From assembly GCA_030390025.1 (NCBI GenBank), contig CM059452.1:9052001-9116000 (forward strand): a DNA stretch of 64,000 nucleotides, given 5' to 3'. Each line of letters begins with the position of its first letter. Position 1 is the stretch's first letter. The notes below the pieces were generated by a model. It did no database searches, was not told where the DNA came from, and worked only from the letters and a program-made list of their open reading frames with translations. This document shows positions 13,041-24,611 of the stretch, piece by piece. This DNA comes from Squalus acanthias (lineage: Eukaryota). The translations under genes were made by a program, and so were the position numbers.

Positions 13041-15019
13041 AGAGGGAAGAGAGGAGACTTGGGGGAAAAAGAGCAAAGGATGGCAACGGATGGCCAAGGA
13101 TGGCAAAGCAACTCCCGAGGGAGCTGCCAGCCCAGGAGCCATCTTGTTTCAAAAATCCGGTTACCCACTGGGTTAATATAATTTCATAATTAAATATAAC
13201 CTGGAAAATCATTGAGGCAAAACACATTAAAATCTGCGGCGACACCTTCTCGAGCTGAGCACAGCTGATTAAGACATGTATTGTTTTTAAATTAATTTTA
13301 GACAAAATTTAAAATTCTCTCCAACCCTAGAGATTTTGCAGCAACTGTCAACCTGTTCAGTATACAACGCAATTGTGGGAGTTTAATGATGTTTAATAAA
13401 TGCGCACTGATATGATCCTCTAATTTAATATTGATGTTATCTGATGTTACACTGGATTATAATAAAATTAGGTAAAATTAATTTTAAACCTGTTTCTGCC
13501 TGGTACCTGTGAACTATTAGGGTTTCAATTAAATTAGCATGGCACTTATCAATATTAAAATATTAAGAATCATATTAATAGATAAAGACATTCAGAAAAA
13601 TATATTAATTTTACTTAAATCAAATCACATTTGAATAAGTTAAAATGGTCACTAACTTCTAATACATTCCCGCTCTCTATCTACACACTTGTAAACTCTG
13701 CATGTTTCTAAACTCTCTGATACAACAGAAACTCCATCTTTTCTCAGAGTGGATTTCACAGGATGGATTTAGGAGTGGACTATTTTAAACAGTTCAAAGT
13801 CTGGCCGTGGTCACATCTCATTAGCTACCAATGGACTGTAACACCGTGTGTTTACAAAAGCAGGGCTCTCGAGTTTAAACATTGTCCTCAATCTTAACTA
13901 GAAAAAACTATTTTCATGAATTAAAAGACAACCGGCCAGTTTGCAGTCAGCAACAGAGCCTCCGCTGTTTAATAACACAGACAATCTTTTTATATTTACT
14001 CCTGTAATTCACACAATGCCGGTAAATTAATTATTAAATATATTCTGCTATTTGATGAAATTCAGTTCCAGAATGATCAGTGTAAAACTGGCGGAGAACA
14101 AATCAATCAGAGCATCTGCAACACTAAAATTTAATGAGCAAATGGAGGCGAGATTTTGTTGATCAATTTGGTATTAATGAGAATTAAACATAACTCTCAG
14201 ATGTAATCTGTTCATTGTCTATAATTCTATCCCGTAAACAGCACCGTTACAGGAGACAGGATGTTGTTGTTAAATTTAAAACTAATATTAACCTTTCATA
14301 ATTAAATTAATCTGCTTGAATGTCAATGTGTGTCTCCAGCCTTACGCAGTCTGCACTTTCCTTGAATTTAAATAGAATCACATGAACAATTCTTTGACTG
14401 CCAGCAACCGCTCAGCCTATGATCTTACAAACTGTTTAAGATTAGTTTAGTGATAATTGTCTCGCTATCAAACAACAAATAATATTGAAGGAATAACATG
14501 CTTTCCCCTGCACAGTAAGAATTTAATAACCCGGCAGATTTATTACATTTACAAACTTCTATTTACAACTCGCATTTGATGCATAATTAAATACAATCCG
14601 TCATTCATCTGTGTGAAACAAGGAGATAACAAGTAATTTCAAACACTCATTAAACTGAACACTGCGGTGGAAATCAGTCTGCTGTTATTAAAATAATTTC
14701 AGACATAAATCAGAAATTGTCCCCAGCCTCTAACATTTCTCCGCTCACGTTAATTGTGATCAGTTTAGAGCAGACCTCTGGAAGGCGAATAATGTTTAAT
14801 ACATTAATATTAATACTACAGCATATTGAGTAATATTGGGCAATATTACCGCATTATAATCGTTTGAGTTATATTGATTTCATTCTCCTTCAACCTGAAT
14901 TTTTTTTATTATATCATTCATAATTACAGTAACAATTTACCTATTAAATGTGAGCACCGTAAACCATATATTAATAGTTGAATCTGCAATTCTCACTTAA
15001 ATAAAAAGATGCATTAAAT

Positions 15020-16050
15020 TATTTTTAAATGATTTTTGAATAAGAAAACCGATTTGTTGTCTGCCTACAATCATCTTTCAAACAGTTTTAAACAGATCTG
15101 AAAACCTGCAGCAGTTCGATGTCACCGAGATTAAACATTGCAGAAACTCCAAACAGTTTCACAAACTTTAGTTATTCAAAGTAACCCAGGCACACACTCT
15201 CCTCAGCAGATAAACAGCAAATCACATCACTGAGGGGCTGAATCCCGCAACAGAACGTTTTGTGGAGAAGCAGCTTCATTCTATAAACCCTTTCAGCAGA
15301 ATCAAATGTAACATTGCAAAAAAATCTCAATACAGAATCCAGCGAACCCATCTATCACTGAACGAGTTAATTATTGAAATAAACAAAAATATAAAATAAT
15401 GACAGCAGAATTCTGAGTAGACGGATCATGTTTAATAAATTAATATTGATATAGCATATTATTGTAATATTGAGTGATATTACTACAATAAATTAATTTA
15501 ATTTATATTAATTTAAAACTGATTCAGGCAACAAATTTGTTAATTATTAAATTATTAATTACATTAACATTTCACGTATTGAATATGACCGTTGGTGGAC
15601 ATTAGATTAATAGATGATAATGTAAATATCACAAATAGAAATACGTCAAAATATCTTTAAATTATTTTTGACAGCTAAAGCTTTCTGTTTTCTGCCTACA
15701 ATCTTATTTCAAACACATTTAGTCACATAAATGTTTACATTTGATCAGCGAACCTGCAACCATTAGTTCTCACCGAGATTAAACACTGTAGAATCGCCAA
15801 ACAGTTCAAAAACCGTTGGGTATTTAAAGTAACCCAGGCGCACAGTCTCAGCAGCAGATAAACACCAAATCACATCAATCAGGGGCTCAATCCCTCAACA
15901 ATATATTTTTCTGAAGAAGCAGTTTAATTCTATGAACCCTTTTCAGCAGAATCAAATGAAACATTGCAAAAAATCTCAATACAGAATCCAGCGAACACAA
16001 GTTTCAGTGAATGAATGAATTGCTGAAATAAACAGAAATATAAAATAAAG
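15020..16050. repeat. Local ~400-bp direct duplication in the AT-rich JH-CH intron
   Basis: 15020-15420 aligns by eye to 15660-16050 (e.g. aaagtaacccaggc, acattgcaaaaaatctcaatacagaatccagcgaac). Confidence 0.85.
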
Positions 16051-16091
16051 ACACAAATACAGCAGTTACTGAAAGAGCGAATGGTTCTCAC

Positions 16092-16138
16092 CTGCAATCA
16101 CCGTCACCATGGTGCCTTGTCCCCAGTAGTCGAGGATA
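16092..16138 (-). pseudogene. IGHJ: IgH JH segment lacking its RSS
   Basis: Encodes ILDYWGQGTMVTVIA (WGxG motif) with phase-1 donor GTGAG at 16087-16091; the 5' flank is satellite with no heptamer/nonamer. Confidence 0.9.
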
Positions 16139-16139
16139 G

Positions 16140-16720
16140 ATATGTTAGATATCGAGTAAATCTCCCTCTACACTGTCCCATCAAACACTCCCAGGGCAGG
16201 TACAGTACGGGTTAGAAACAGAGTAAAGCTCCCTCTACATTGTCCCATCAAAAACTCCCAGGGCAGGTACAGCACGGGTTAGAAACAGAGTAAAGCTCGC
16301 TCTACACTGTCCCATCAAACACGCCCAGGGCAGGTACAGCACAGGTTAGATACAGAGTAAAGCACCCTCTACACTGTCCCATCAAACACACCCAGGGCAG
16401 GTACAGCACATGTTAGATATCGAGTAAAGCTCCCTCTAAACTGTCCCATCAAACACTTCCAGGGCAGGTACAGCACGGGTTAGATACAGAGTAAAGGTCC
16501 CTCTTCACTGTCCCATCAAACACTCCCAGGGCAGGGACATCACGGGATAGATGTCTGACACAGATGCACCAGTTAGCACAAACCCTGGGGATGATTCCCA
16601 GAGCCTGGGGCCTATCTGACACAGCCTCTCTCCAGCGTTTAGACAGTATTTGAGGGAGAGGAGATGAGGGATCGGGCGGTGTCCACAGACACATTTGGAG
16701 CCTTCTGCGTCCAGTGGGCA
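16140..16720. repeat. 59-bp satellite array plus attached dispersed-repeat segment
   Basis: About 7 units at 16140-16550; adjacent 16550-16640 matches the reverse complement of 54170-54270. Confidence 0.85.
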
Positions 16721-18614
16721 CAACTAGATAAAGGTTGTGATAAAATCAAATTCTAATGGAATATAATATTACTTTAGTTTAGGCCTAGTGTGCGAGTGGA
16801 GCCCTCCTCTCCGGTGGGCACTAGTGGAATATATTTTTGTTTTGGAATCGCCCCTTTAAAGGAGACCCGAGTTCAATTGGTCCACACAGACCAAAGGAGC
16901 AAAGTAGGCCCAGCACTGGGGTAACCACTTCCAAGCCTTCTTCAATCTCAGCCACACCCATAAACCCTGGCCCTCTGTCTCCTGTTTCCCTGACGGCATT
17001 TCTCCCTGCTCTGCTCCATTCCCTATGACATCATCTCCCTGAGCTCACTGAACATCACCCCAGGGATCCTTTCTCCCTGTTCTTGCTCCATTCCCTCTCA
17101 AAGCATCTACCTGAACTCACTGAACATCACCCCAGGGAGCTTTTCTCCCTGCTTTCCTCCATTCCCTCTCATACCATCGACCTGAACTCACTGAACATCA
17201 CATCCGAGATCCGCAGTGAACTTCAGATCTTTGCTCCCTGTTTCCTTCAACTTTCGCTCCACGTCCTTCACCGTCTCATCAGATTAGTTCGGTGACTGCG
17301 TGCCACATGAACATCTCCAGACGTTTCTGGCCAGGCCCGAGTATCTGCGGTTCTGCTCTTCTTTGGAACTCCTTAAATTCAGGCGTGAGGTCTCCCACAG
17401 TTGAATATGACATCGGGTTAAGAGAGGGAAGAATTAACGGACCGTCTGAAGGGAGATTGGGAATGTATGGAATTGGTGCTTTTACTCCGTCTCTGCCACA
17501 ATCTCTCACCCCTCCCCCTATCCGGGGCCGCCATCCTCTCTAATGTCACCCTCGTCTCACATCCCTGTTCCCAGGCTCTCACTGACTCCGGGCTCGGTGA
17601 TTCTCATGGAGTGCAGTGTCCCTTTAAGAGGCCCCGTGCTGCCCCCGCCCCCTCTTCTGGTAATAGGACTGAGTCAGGTGTCACAGGTGCCACAAACTGG
17701 GGCTCTTTAGCGCTGAGCGGAGGCTGGAGACGCCCCGTGATCTCCTAACCCTAAATCAATGGGGGAAACCGCCAATAACGTTGCTGAAACATGCTTAGGG
17801 ATTATGGCGTCATCAACTGCAGGGCAAACCTGCATTGGCGAAGTTTGTGTGACATACAGTCGGTAGTGTTTGTGTGACGTATAACCGCTGCGCGATTGAA
17901 AAACAAATTTACATCAGTTTCCATCAAAATAAATGCTCGATCTTAATCGAGTAAAGTGAAATTCTGGCACAGGAGAGAATAAAAAAGTTGTCATTAAAAG
18001 GTTTTCTGAGGTGCAAATGTGCGGACAGTTCTCCCAGAATGCAGCGCGGCCCGTGTCACAATGGGCCTTTTACCTGTCGCTGTGAATTGTGGGAGCCGCA
18101 GCCCTTCATGACCGAGTCATTAACTCAGTGAATCCAAACCCAAACTCCTTCAGCCGGGAGCTGGCCGGGTTGTTGGTCCGGACAGACTGCGGGTGTCCTG
18201 TTGAGCGGAGAGAATCTCTGAGCAGATTGGACCCCGAATCCGGGAAATCCCAGGAGGTGGAGACCGCTGATCAACCCAAGCGTTGAAAGACGGATTGAAC
18301 CAAAGAAAAGGAAATATGAAACTCTGCTGGTCCCTGTGAAAACAGGCGGACAATAAATATCCTAGGGTGAAATATCAATCGGCAAAATATAAATGTTTCA
18401 GTTGAGAAAACAATTATTTACACAGAAGGAAGTGAAAATGTGGAATAAATGCATCAAATATTTAAACTGGGGAATTGGATAGGAGACATGAAAGAAGGGA
18501 ATATTAAAGGGTGTGAGGAGCGATAAGAAAAGTGTAGACTTGATGGCCTTAATCAGTTGTTTCAGTAGGGTAAAACTCTAAGATTCGTCTAGAATGCATC
18601 CAAGAAGAATATTT

Positions 18615-20569
18615 TTTCTCTCTCTTCGCGCTCTGTATCACTGTGTGTCTGTAATCCTCACCATGTTCAGGTTTGTGAACTCTCTCCGTGCTCTGCATCA
18701 CTGTGTGTCTGTAATCCTCACCATGTTTAGGTTTGTGAACTATCTCCGTGCTCTGTATCACTGTGTGTCTGTAATCCTCACCATGTTCAGGTTTGTGAAC
18801 TCTCTCCGTGCTCTCTATCACTGTGTGTCTGTAATCCCCACCATGTTCAGGTTTGCGAACTCTCTCCGTGCTCTCTATCATTGTGTGTCTGTAATCCTCA
18901 CCATGTTCAGGTTTGTGAACTCTCTCCGTGCTCTGCATCACTGTGTGTCTGTAATCCTCACCATGTTTAGGTTTGTGAACTATCTCCGTGCTCTGTATCA
19001 CTGTGTGTCTGTAATCCTCACCATGTTCAGGTTTGTGAACTCTCTCCGTGCTCTCTATCACTGTGTGTCTGTAATCCCCACCATGTTCAGGTTTGTGAAC
19101 TCTCTCCGTGCTCTGTATCACTGTGTGTCTGTAATCCCCACCATGTTCAGGTTTGTGAACTCTCTCCGTGCTCTGTATCACTGTGTGTCTGTAATCCCCA
19201 CCATGTTCAGGTTTGTGAACTCTCTCCGTGCTCTGTATCACTGTGTGTCTGTAATCCCCACGATGTTCAGGATTGTGAACTCTCTCCGTGCTCTGTATCA
19301 CTGTGTGTCTGTAATCCCCACCATGTTCAGGTTTGTGAACTCTCTCCGTGCTCTGTATCACTGTGTGTCTGTAATCCCCACCATGTTCAGGTTTGTGAAC
19401 TCTCTCCGTGCTCTGTATCACTGTGTGTCTGTAATCCCCACGATGTTCAGGTTTGTGAACTCTCTCCGTGCTCTGTATCACTGTGTGTCTGTAATCCCCA
19501 CCATGTTCAGGTTTGTGAACTCTCTCCGTGCTCTCTATCACTGTGTGTCTGTAATCCCCACCATGTTCAGGTTTGTGAACTCTCTCCGTGCTCTGTATCA
19601 CTGTGTGTCTGTAATCCTCACCATGTTCAGGTTTGTGAACTCTCTCCGTGCTCTCTATCACTGTGTGTCTGTAATCCCCACCATGTTCAGGTTTGTGAAC
19701 TCTCTCCGTGCTCTGTATCACTGTGTGTCTGTAATCCCCACCATGTTCAGGTTTGTGAACTCTCTCCGTGCTCTCTATCACTGTGTGTCTGTAATCCCCA
19801 CCATGTTCAGGTTTGTGAACTCTCTCCGTGCTCTGTATCACTGTGTGTCTGTAATCCCCACCATGTTCAGGTTTGTGAACTCTCTCCGTGCTCTGTATCA
19901 CTGTGTGTCTGTAATCCCCACCATGTTCAGGTTTGTGAACTCTCTCCGTGCTCTGTATCACTGTGTGTCTGTAATCCTCACCATGTTCAGGTTTTTGTAC
20001 GGCTCTCTCCGTGCTCTGTATCACTGTGTGTCTGTAATCCTCACCATGTTCAGGTTTGTGAACTCTCTCCGTGCTCTGTATCACTGTGTGTCTGTAATCC
20101 CCACCATGTTCAGGTTTGTGAACTCTCTCCGTGCTCTGTATCACTGTGTCTGTAATCCTCACCATGTTCAGGTTTGTGAAGCTCTCTCCGTGCTCTGTAT
20201 CACTGTGTCTGTAATCCCCACCATATTCAGGTTTGTGAACTTTCTCCGTGCTCTGTACCAACTTGTGTCTGTAATCCTCACCATGTTCAGCTTTTTGTAC
20301 GGCTCTCTCCGTGCTCTGTATCACTGTGTGTCTGTAATCCCCACCATGTTCAGGTTTGTGAACTCTCTCCGTGCTCTGTATCACTGTGTCTGTAATCCCC
20401 ACCATGTTCAGGTTTGTGAACTCTCTCCGTGCTCTGTATCACTGTGTGTCTGTAATCCCCACCATGTTCAGGTTTGTGAACTCTCTCCGTGCTCTGTATC
20501 ACTGTGTGTCTGTAATCCCCACCATGTTCAGGTTTTTGTACGGCTCTCTCCGTGCTCTGTATCACTGTG
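18615..20569 (-). repeat. Tandem array of ~33 RSS-derived units (mostly 60 bp, three of 63-bp type)
   Basis: Each unit is CACAGTG + spacer + nonamer-like + 24-nt linker; heptamers counted from 18639 to 20563. Confidence 0.95.
20531..20569 (-). other. 23-RSS of the supporting V-delta
   Basis: CACAGTG (20569-20563), 23-nt spacer, ACAAAAACC (20539-20531): full consensus. Confidence 0.95.
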
Positions 20570-20875
20570 CTGTGCGCGGACTCAGTGCACAGTAATACAC
20601 AGCGGAGTCACTCAGTTGCAGTTTCGCGATGTTTAACCGGCTGATTTTCTGCGCACCATCGACAGAAGCAGAAATTCGGCCCCCGGCAGCGTTTTCTTTA
20701 TTCCCCTCTCCTGAAGTGTGTCTCTGGAGCAGGTATTTCGGAGCCTGCCCTAGGGACTGACGGTACCAGTGTACTGTGTGCTGACAGAACCCTGAATATT
20801 CGCAGCTTAAAGTAACGGTGTCTCCGGCAGCAGAGGATTGTAGAGGCGGACCCTGGGACACCGAGAAACTGGAAT
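20570..20875 (-). CDS. TRDV: NAR-TCR supporting TCR-delta V exon
   Basis: Open V domain TLSCEYSGFCQHTVHWYRQ...DSAVYYCALS with extra CDR1 Cys; ctgcag acceptor; no functional leader; lies downstream of NAR-type V-D-J. Confidence 0.9.
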
Positions 20876-21039
20876 CTGCAGGATTAAAATGGAGAAATGT
20901 TATTTATTTGGCTGCTGTTTACCCGGGGACACTTGTCAATCACAGGAATAGTTCTGCGTCTCGCGGTAATGCTGTGCTTCATTTGAAGCCTGTTCCAACT
21001 TTATTCACTGTCATTGGCAAAAGCACCGGCGTGGGGAGG

Positions 21040-21300
21040 GGGGCCGGGTGGGTGGAAGGGAAATGTATTTACGCAGTTAGCCTTTATGATCTGGAATGCA
21101 CTGCCTGAAAGTGTGGTGGGAGCAGATTCAATAGTAACTTTCAACAGGAAATTGGATCATTACTGGAATAGGAAAATTTGTCAGGACTATGGGGAAAGAG
21201 CAGGGCGATTGGGACTAATTGAATAGTTCCTTCAAAGAGCAGCACAGGCAAGGTGGGCCGAATGTTCTCCTTCTCTGCTGTATGATTCTATGATTTCTAT
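21040..21300 (+). mobile_element. CR1-type LINE 3' end fragment
   Basis: IWNALPESVVGADSIVTF...QDYGERAG and (ATTCTATG)-type tail. Confidence 0.75.
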
Positions 21301-21419
21301 TGAATTTCTGGTTTTATTTTTCTTCGTGAAAGATAAACCCGAAAAAATAATAGTAAATTCTCCTCCTCACTGAGACAACCACATTCCAATGATGTTTGAC
21401 CGAGAGTGACCCGGCTTTG

Positions 21420-21467
21420 TTATGTCACTGCGCACAGCAAGATCCAACTGAAAGCAGTGAGATTCAT
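21420..21467 (-). pseudogene. Probable vestigial leader exon of the supporting V-delta
   Basis: MNLTAFSWILLCAVT then TAA where a phase-1 GT donor is expected. Confidence 0.5.
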
Positions 21468-21894
21468 CAGCACCGATTGAGCCAAACTGACACTGAAAAT
21501 CTGTGGGTCAAAGGTCAATATTTTACTGCAGTTTAATACTTCACGGGAGCTCCTGTCTGTCTCTCGCTCTATTTGTCTCTTTTCTTCCATCAGTGGGGCC
21601 CCTTTGCTCCATTTCACTTTAATTTGAATTATTTACAGTTAGTTTCATTTTATTTCTACATCTGGGTCGCTCACTTTGTGCTGTTTGTGGTTTTTTGCCA
21701 GCCTGAGAACTTGTCCCAAAGTCTCTCGGTTGTCGGTTGGGTTCAGTCTGTGCAGTTTCCGCAGTGGTTTTACTGTTACTCACTGGGAACTGGCTCTTCC
21801 GGCTCTCTGACAACTTCAATTCCTTCAGCCCATTGGCTGATTCTCTCCCGTGTTCTCCGGGCGGAGTTTTCTCTGAGTTTTACATTATGCAGAA

Positions 21895-22325
21895 TCTGCA
21901 GAACAGGAACAGGCCATTCGGCCCAACTGGTCTGTGCGGTGTTTATACTCCACACGAGCCTCCTCCCACTCTAATTACCTCTTCCCACCCTGACCCCTGT
22001 GTCCCTCGATTCCTTTCTCCCTCCTGTATTTTTCAAGCCTCCCCTTAAATGCATCAACGCTATCTGCTCCAACTGCTCCGTGTGGCAGCGAGTTCCACAT
22101 TCTGACGCCTCTCTGTGTGAATAAATTCTTCCCAATGTCTTTATTTGTTCTGTTAGTGACTATCTTATATTTGTGGCCCCTTGTTCTGGACTCACCCACA
22201 ATGGAAACAGTTTCCCCACGTGCACCCTATCGAACCCCTTCATCATTTTAATCACCTCCATCAGGTCTCCTCGTTTTCTTCTCTTTTCCAGAGAAAAGAG
22301 TCCCCGCCTGTTCAATCTTTCCAGA
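21895..22325 (-). mobile_element. CR1-type LINE 3' fragment
   Basis: GESRTRGHKYKIV...FTQRGVRMWNSLP; a related fragment lies at 22735-22995. Confidence 0.75.
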
Positions 22326-23236
22326 AATGTGTGGATTGCTGCTGATGTCTTTTCTCAGGAGTGCAAGAAATCCAAAGCTGAGAAAAGGGCCGGAGCCCAA
22401 TCGCAGCCCGTCCCTCCAGTAAATCTCACTGCCCCGGTGTCGGATTGTGCTTTGAACGGCCCAGAGACCGGTGTCTCCACACCCCCGCCCGGCCGGTGAA
22501 GTCCGATATTTCTCTCCCTTTCGGTGAATGATTTCTTGCTGGTTCTAAATGGGCTTCCCTCCAGTCTGTACTTGTTCCCTCGGGTGTTCCTGCTCTCCTT
22601 TATAGGAACATTAGAACCTCGCCCTCACTCGCTCACTGCCCAGTGTTGTTTCAGTTAACAGTAACCAGGGATACAGATAAATTACTGCAATCCGATCTCT
22701 CAAACATGAACATTAAATATTACAGAGAATTACACAGAATGTAGAGCACAGAAACAGGCCATTGGGCCCAATCGGTCCATGCCGGTGTTACTGCTCCACA
22801 CGAGCCTCCTCCCACCCCTACTCCATCTCACCCCATCAACATATCCTTCTATTCCTTTCTCCCTCACCTACTTATCTAGATTCCCCTTCAATGTATCGAT
22901 GTTATTCGGCTCAACTGCTCCTTGTGGCAGCGAGTTCCACATTCTGACCACTCTCTGGGGAAAGAAGTTCCTCCTGAATTCCCCATTGGATTGATTAGAA
23001 AATATCGAACAATATAAATAATATCGAAAATTACCTGTAGTTCGGAGCTTTTACATTTCGACTTAAACGAGAGACATGGAGGTAAAATTATTGTTTATAC
23101 AAAAGCAATTGGAATAAATGTCAGACACAGCACAACTAATTTCAGTCACTGAGTGCCCAATAATGAAATGTGATCTAGACCTACAGGCGGATCTCTTGTA
23201 TCTGAAGCCCCGCCGTGTTGTGCTCCAGTTTTTCTG

Positions 23237-23325
23237 CCGCTGCAGGTATCGGACGGGCCGCTGCAGGTATCGGACGGGCCGCTGCAGGTATCGGACGGGC
23301 CGCTGCAGGTATCGGACGGGCCGCT
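23237..23325. repeat. 21-bp minisatellite (gctgcaggtatcggacgggcc) x4
   Basis: Perfect tandem copies. Confidence 0.9.
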
Positions 23326-23808
23326 GTATTGTTGGGTTCACTCTCCCGGTACCTGATTCACACTGCCCGGCTCGGACTGCAATATCCTGCCCAGGAGGGA
23401 GCTCTGTGACCCCCCTGCCCCCTGCCCTGCTCAGTCAGTTAACACCGAGTGCGGAGGCCTGAGTGCAGACATCTGCGCTCATTTAAACCAACTGGGGATC
23501 AGAGTGAGAGTCCGGGATGTTCATCGGATCTCCGAGGTCCCCGTTAAATCAATGATGGTCCAGATGGGGTCAAACCCCCCAGACTGCCTGCTCCGTGGGG
23601 GTCTCACACCTCCTCTCTCCGGACTCACACCCGGACCCGAACCCGGTTCATATTCTGCTCCCCAATCTAAAACTGTAATGGAAAAGCCCCCTTATAAAAT
23701 CGCTCTGTTTTATTTGAAGGGGTTGAGGTGATACTGATCACAATAATAAACTGACGGTGAACATTAACCGGGACAGTCTGTAACACGGCGGGGTTTGGAG
23801 TCACTTAC

Positions 23809-23904
23809 CGGCTGTGACAGTCACCACCGTCCCGGATCCATCCACAGTATCATATTTATAATAACCACAGTGACACCGCTCTCAGTCACCCCGGTACAAG
23901 AACC
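23809..23904 (-). CDS. NAR-TCR J segment (23809-23865) with 23-RSS (23866-23904)
   Basis: YYKYDTVDGSGTVVTVTA, NAR-like GxGTVVTV; GTAAG donor; CACAGTG-23-ACAAGAACC. Confidence 0.9.
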
Positions 23905-24219
23905 ACCGACACCTCAATCTGCCGGTCACACATCACCGGACAGTCGGCGCTGCCCAATTATTCCAGGGATCAATAAACAATATTCCGTGTTCCACAGTCC
24001 CCGTCGGTTCAAACTGTTCTTTGTGAGACTCTGAGCTCTCAGTAAAATGGCCCAGGAACACGGCCGGAGATGGGCGCTTCATAGAAACGGAGAAAATATC
24101 AAAGAAAGAAAACTGAAAGCAGGAAATTACAATGAAATTAAACCAGATTACAGCGATAATAAGATCAAACCTACAATTCAGGTTCCGGGCCCGGGGAATT
24201 TATATTTTAATTGTACACA

Positions 24220-24288
24220 GGTATTTGCTCAGGTCTCAGCCACTGTGAGGTTCCAGTAAACACAGTGTTTCAAGTCAGCATCAAATCC
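24220..24288 (-). CDS. NAR-TCR D segment (24248-24260, TTTACTGGAACCT) flanked by two 12-RSS
   Basis: ggtatttgc-12-cactgtg and cacagtg-12-atcaaatcc; open in all three frames; satisfies the 12/23 rule with both V and J. Confidence 0.88.
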
Positions 24289-24611
24289 CCCGGTACTCGG
24301 TGAGATGGGGGACATTAGTTACACGGCGGGGAGCGCGGTTCCCGGTTCCAGCTGTTAGAACAGGATCCCGTCTGGTGTTCGGGAATTGTAACTGGGATCA
24401 GTCATTCCCAATCGCCATTCATTGACACCAATCCCGGGAAAGACGTCACCGCCCGCACACACTCAGCATTTACAAAACTCAAGGTGTTAACTGCAATAAT
24501 CCAATCTGATTATAAACTAGACTGTGGGGCAGACGGTGCGAGGCGGAACTGTGGGTTTAACGGCAGATTAACTCCGCTTTTTCATTTGTTTCTGTCACAA
24601 TCTGCAGTGAG

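Noticed and set aside
16900-18400. Missing VH/D segments of the relic IgM cluster
   Set aside because: No VH framework or RSS-flanked D found by eye
18615-20569. CRISPR-like array
   Set aside because: No unique spacers, no cas genes, vertebrate DNA
18549-20636. 618-aa and 680-aa repetitive ORFs on opposite strands
   Set aside because: By-products of a 60-bp (multiple of 3) RSS-derived repeat; frames shift at 58/59-bp units; no evidence of a gene
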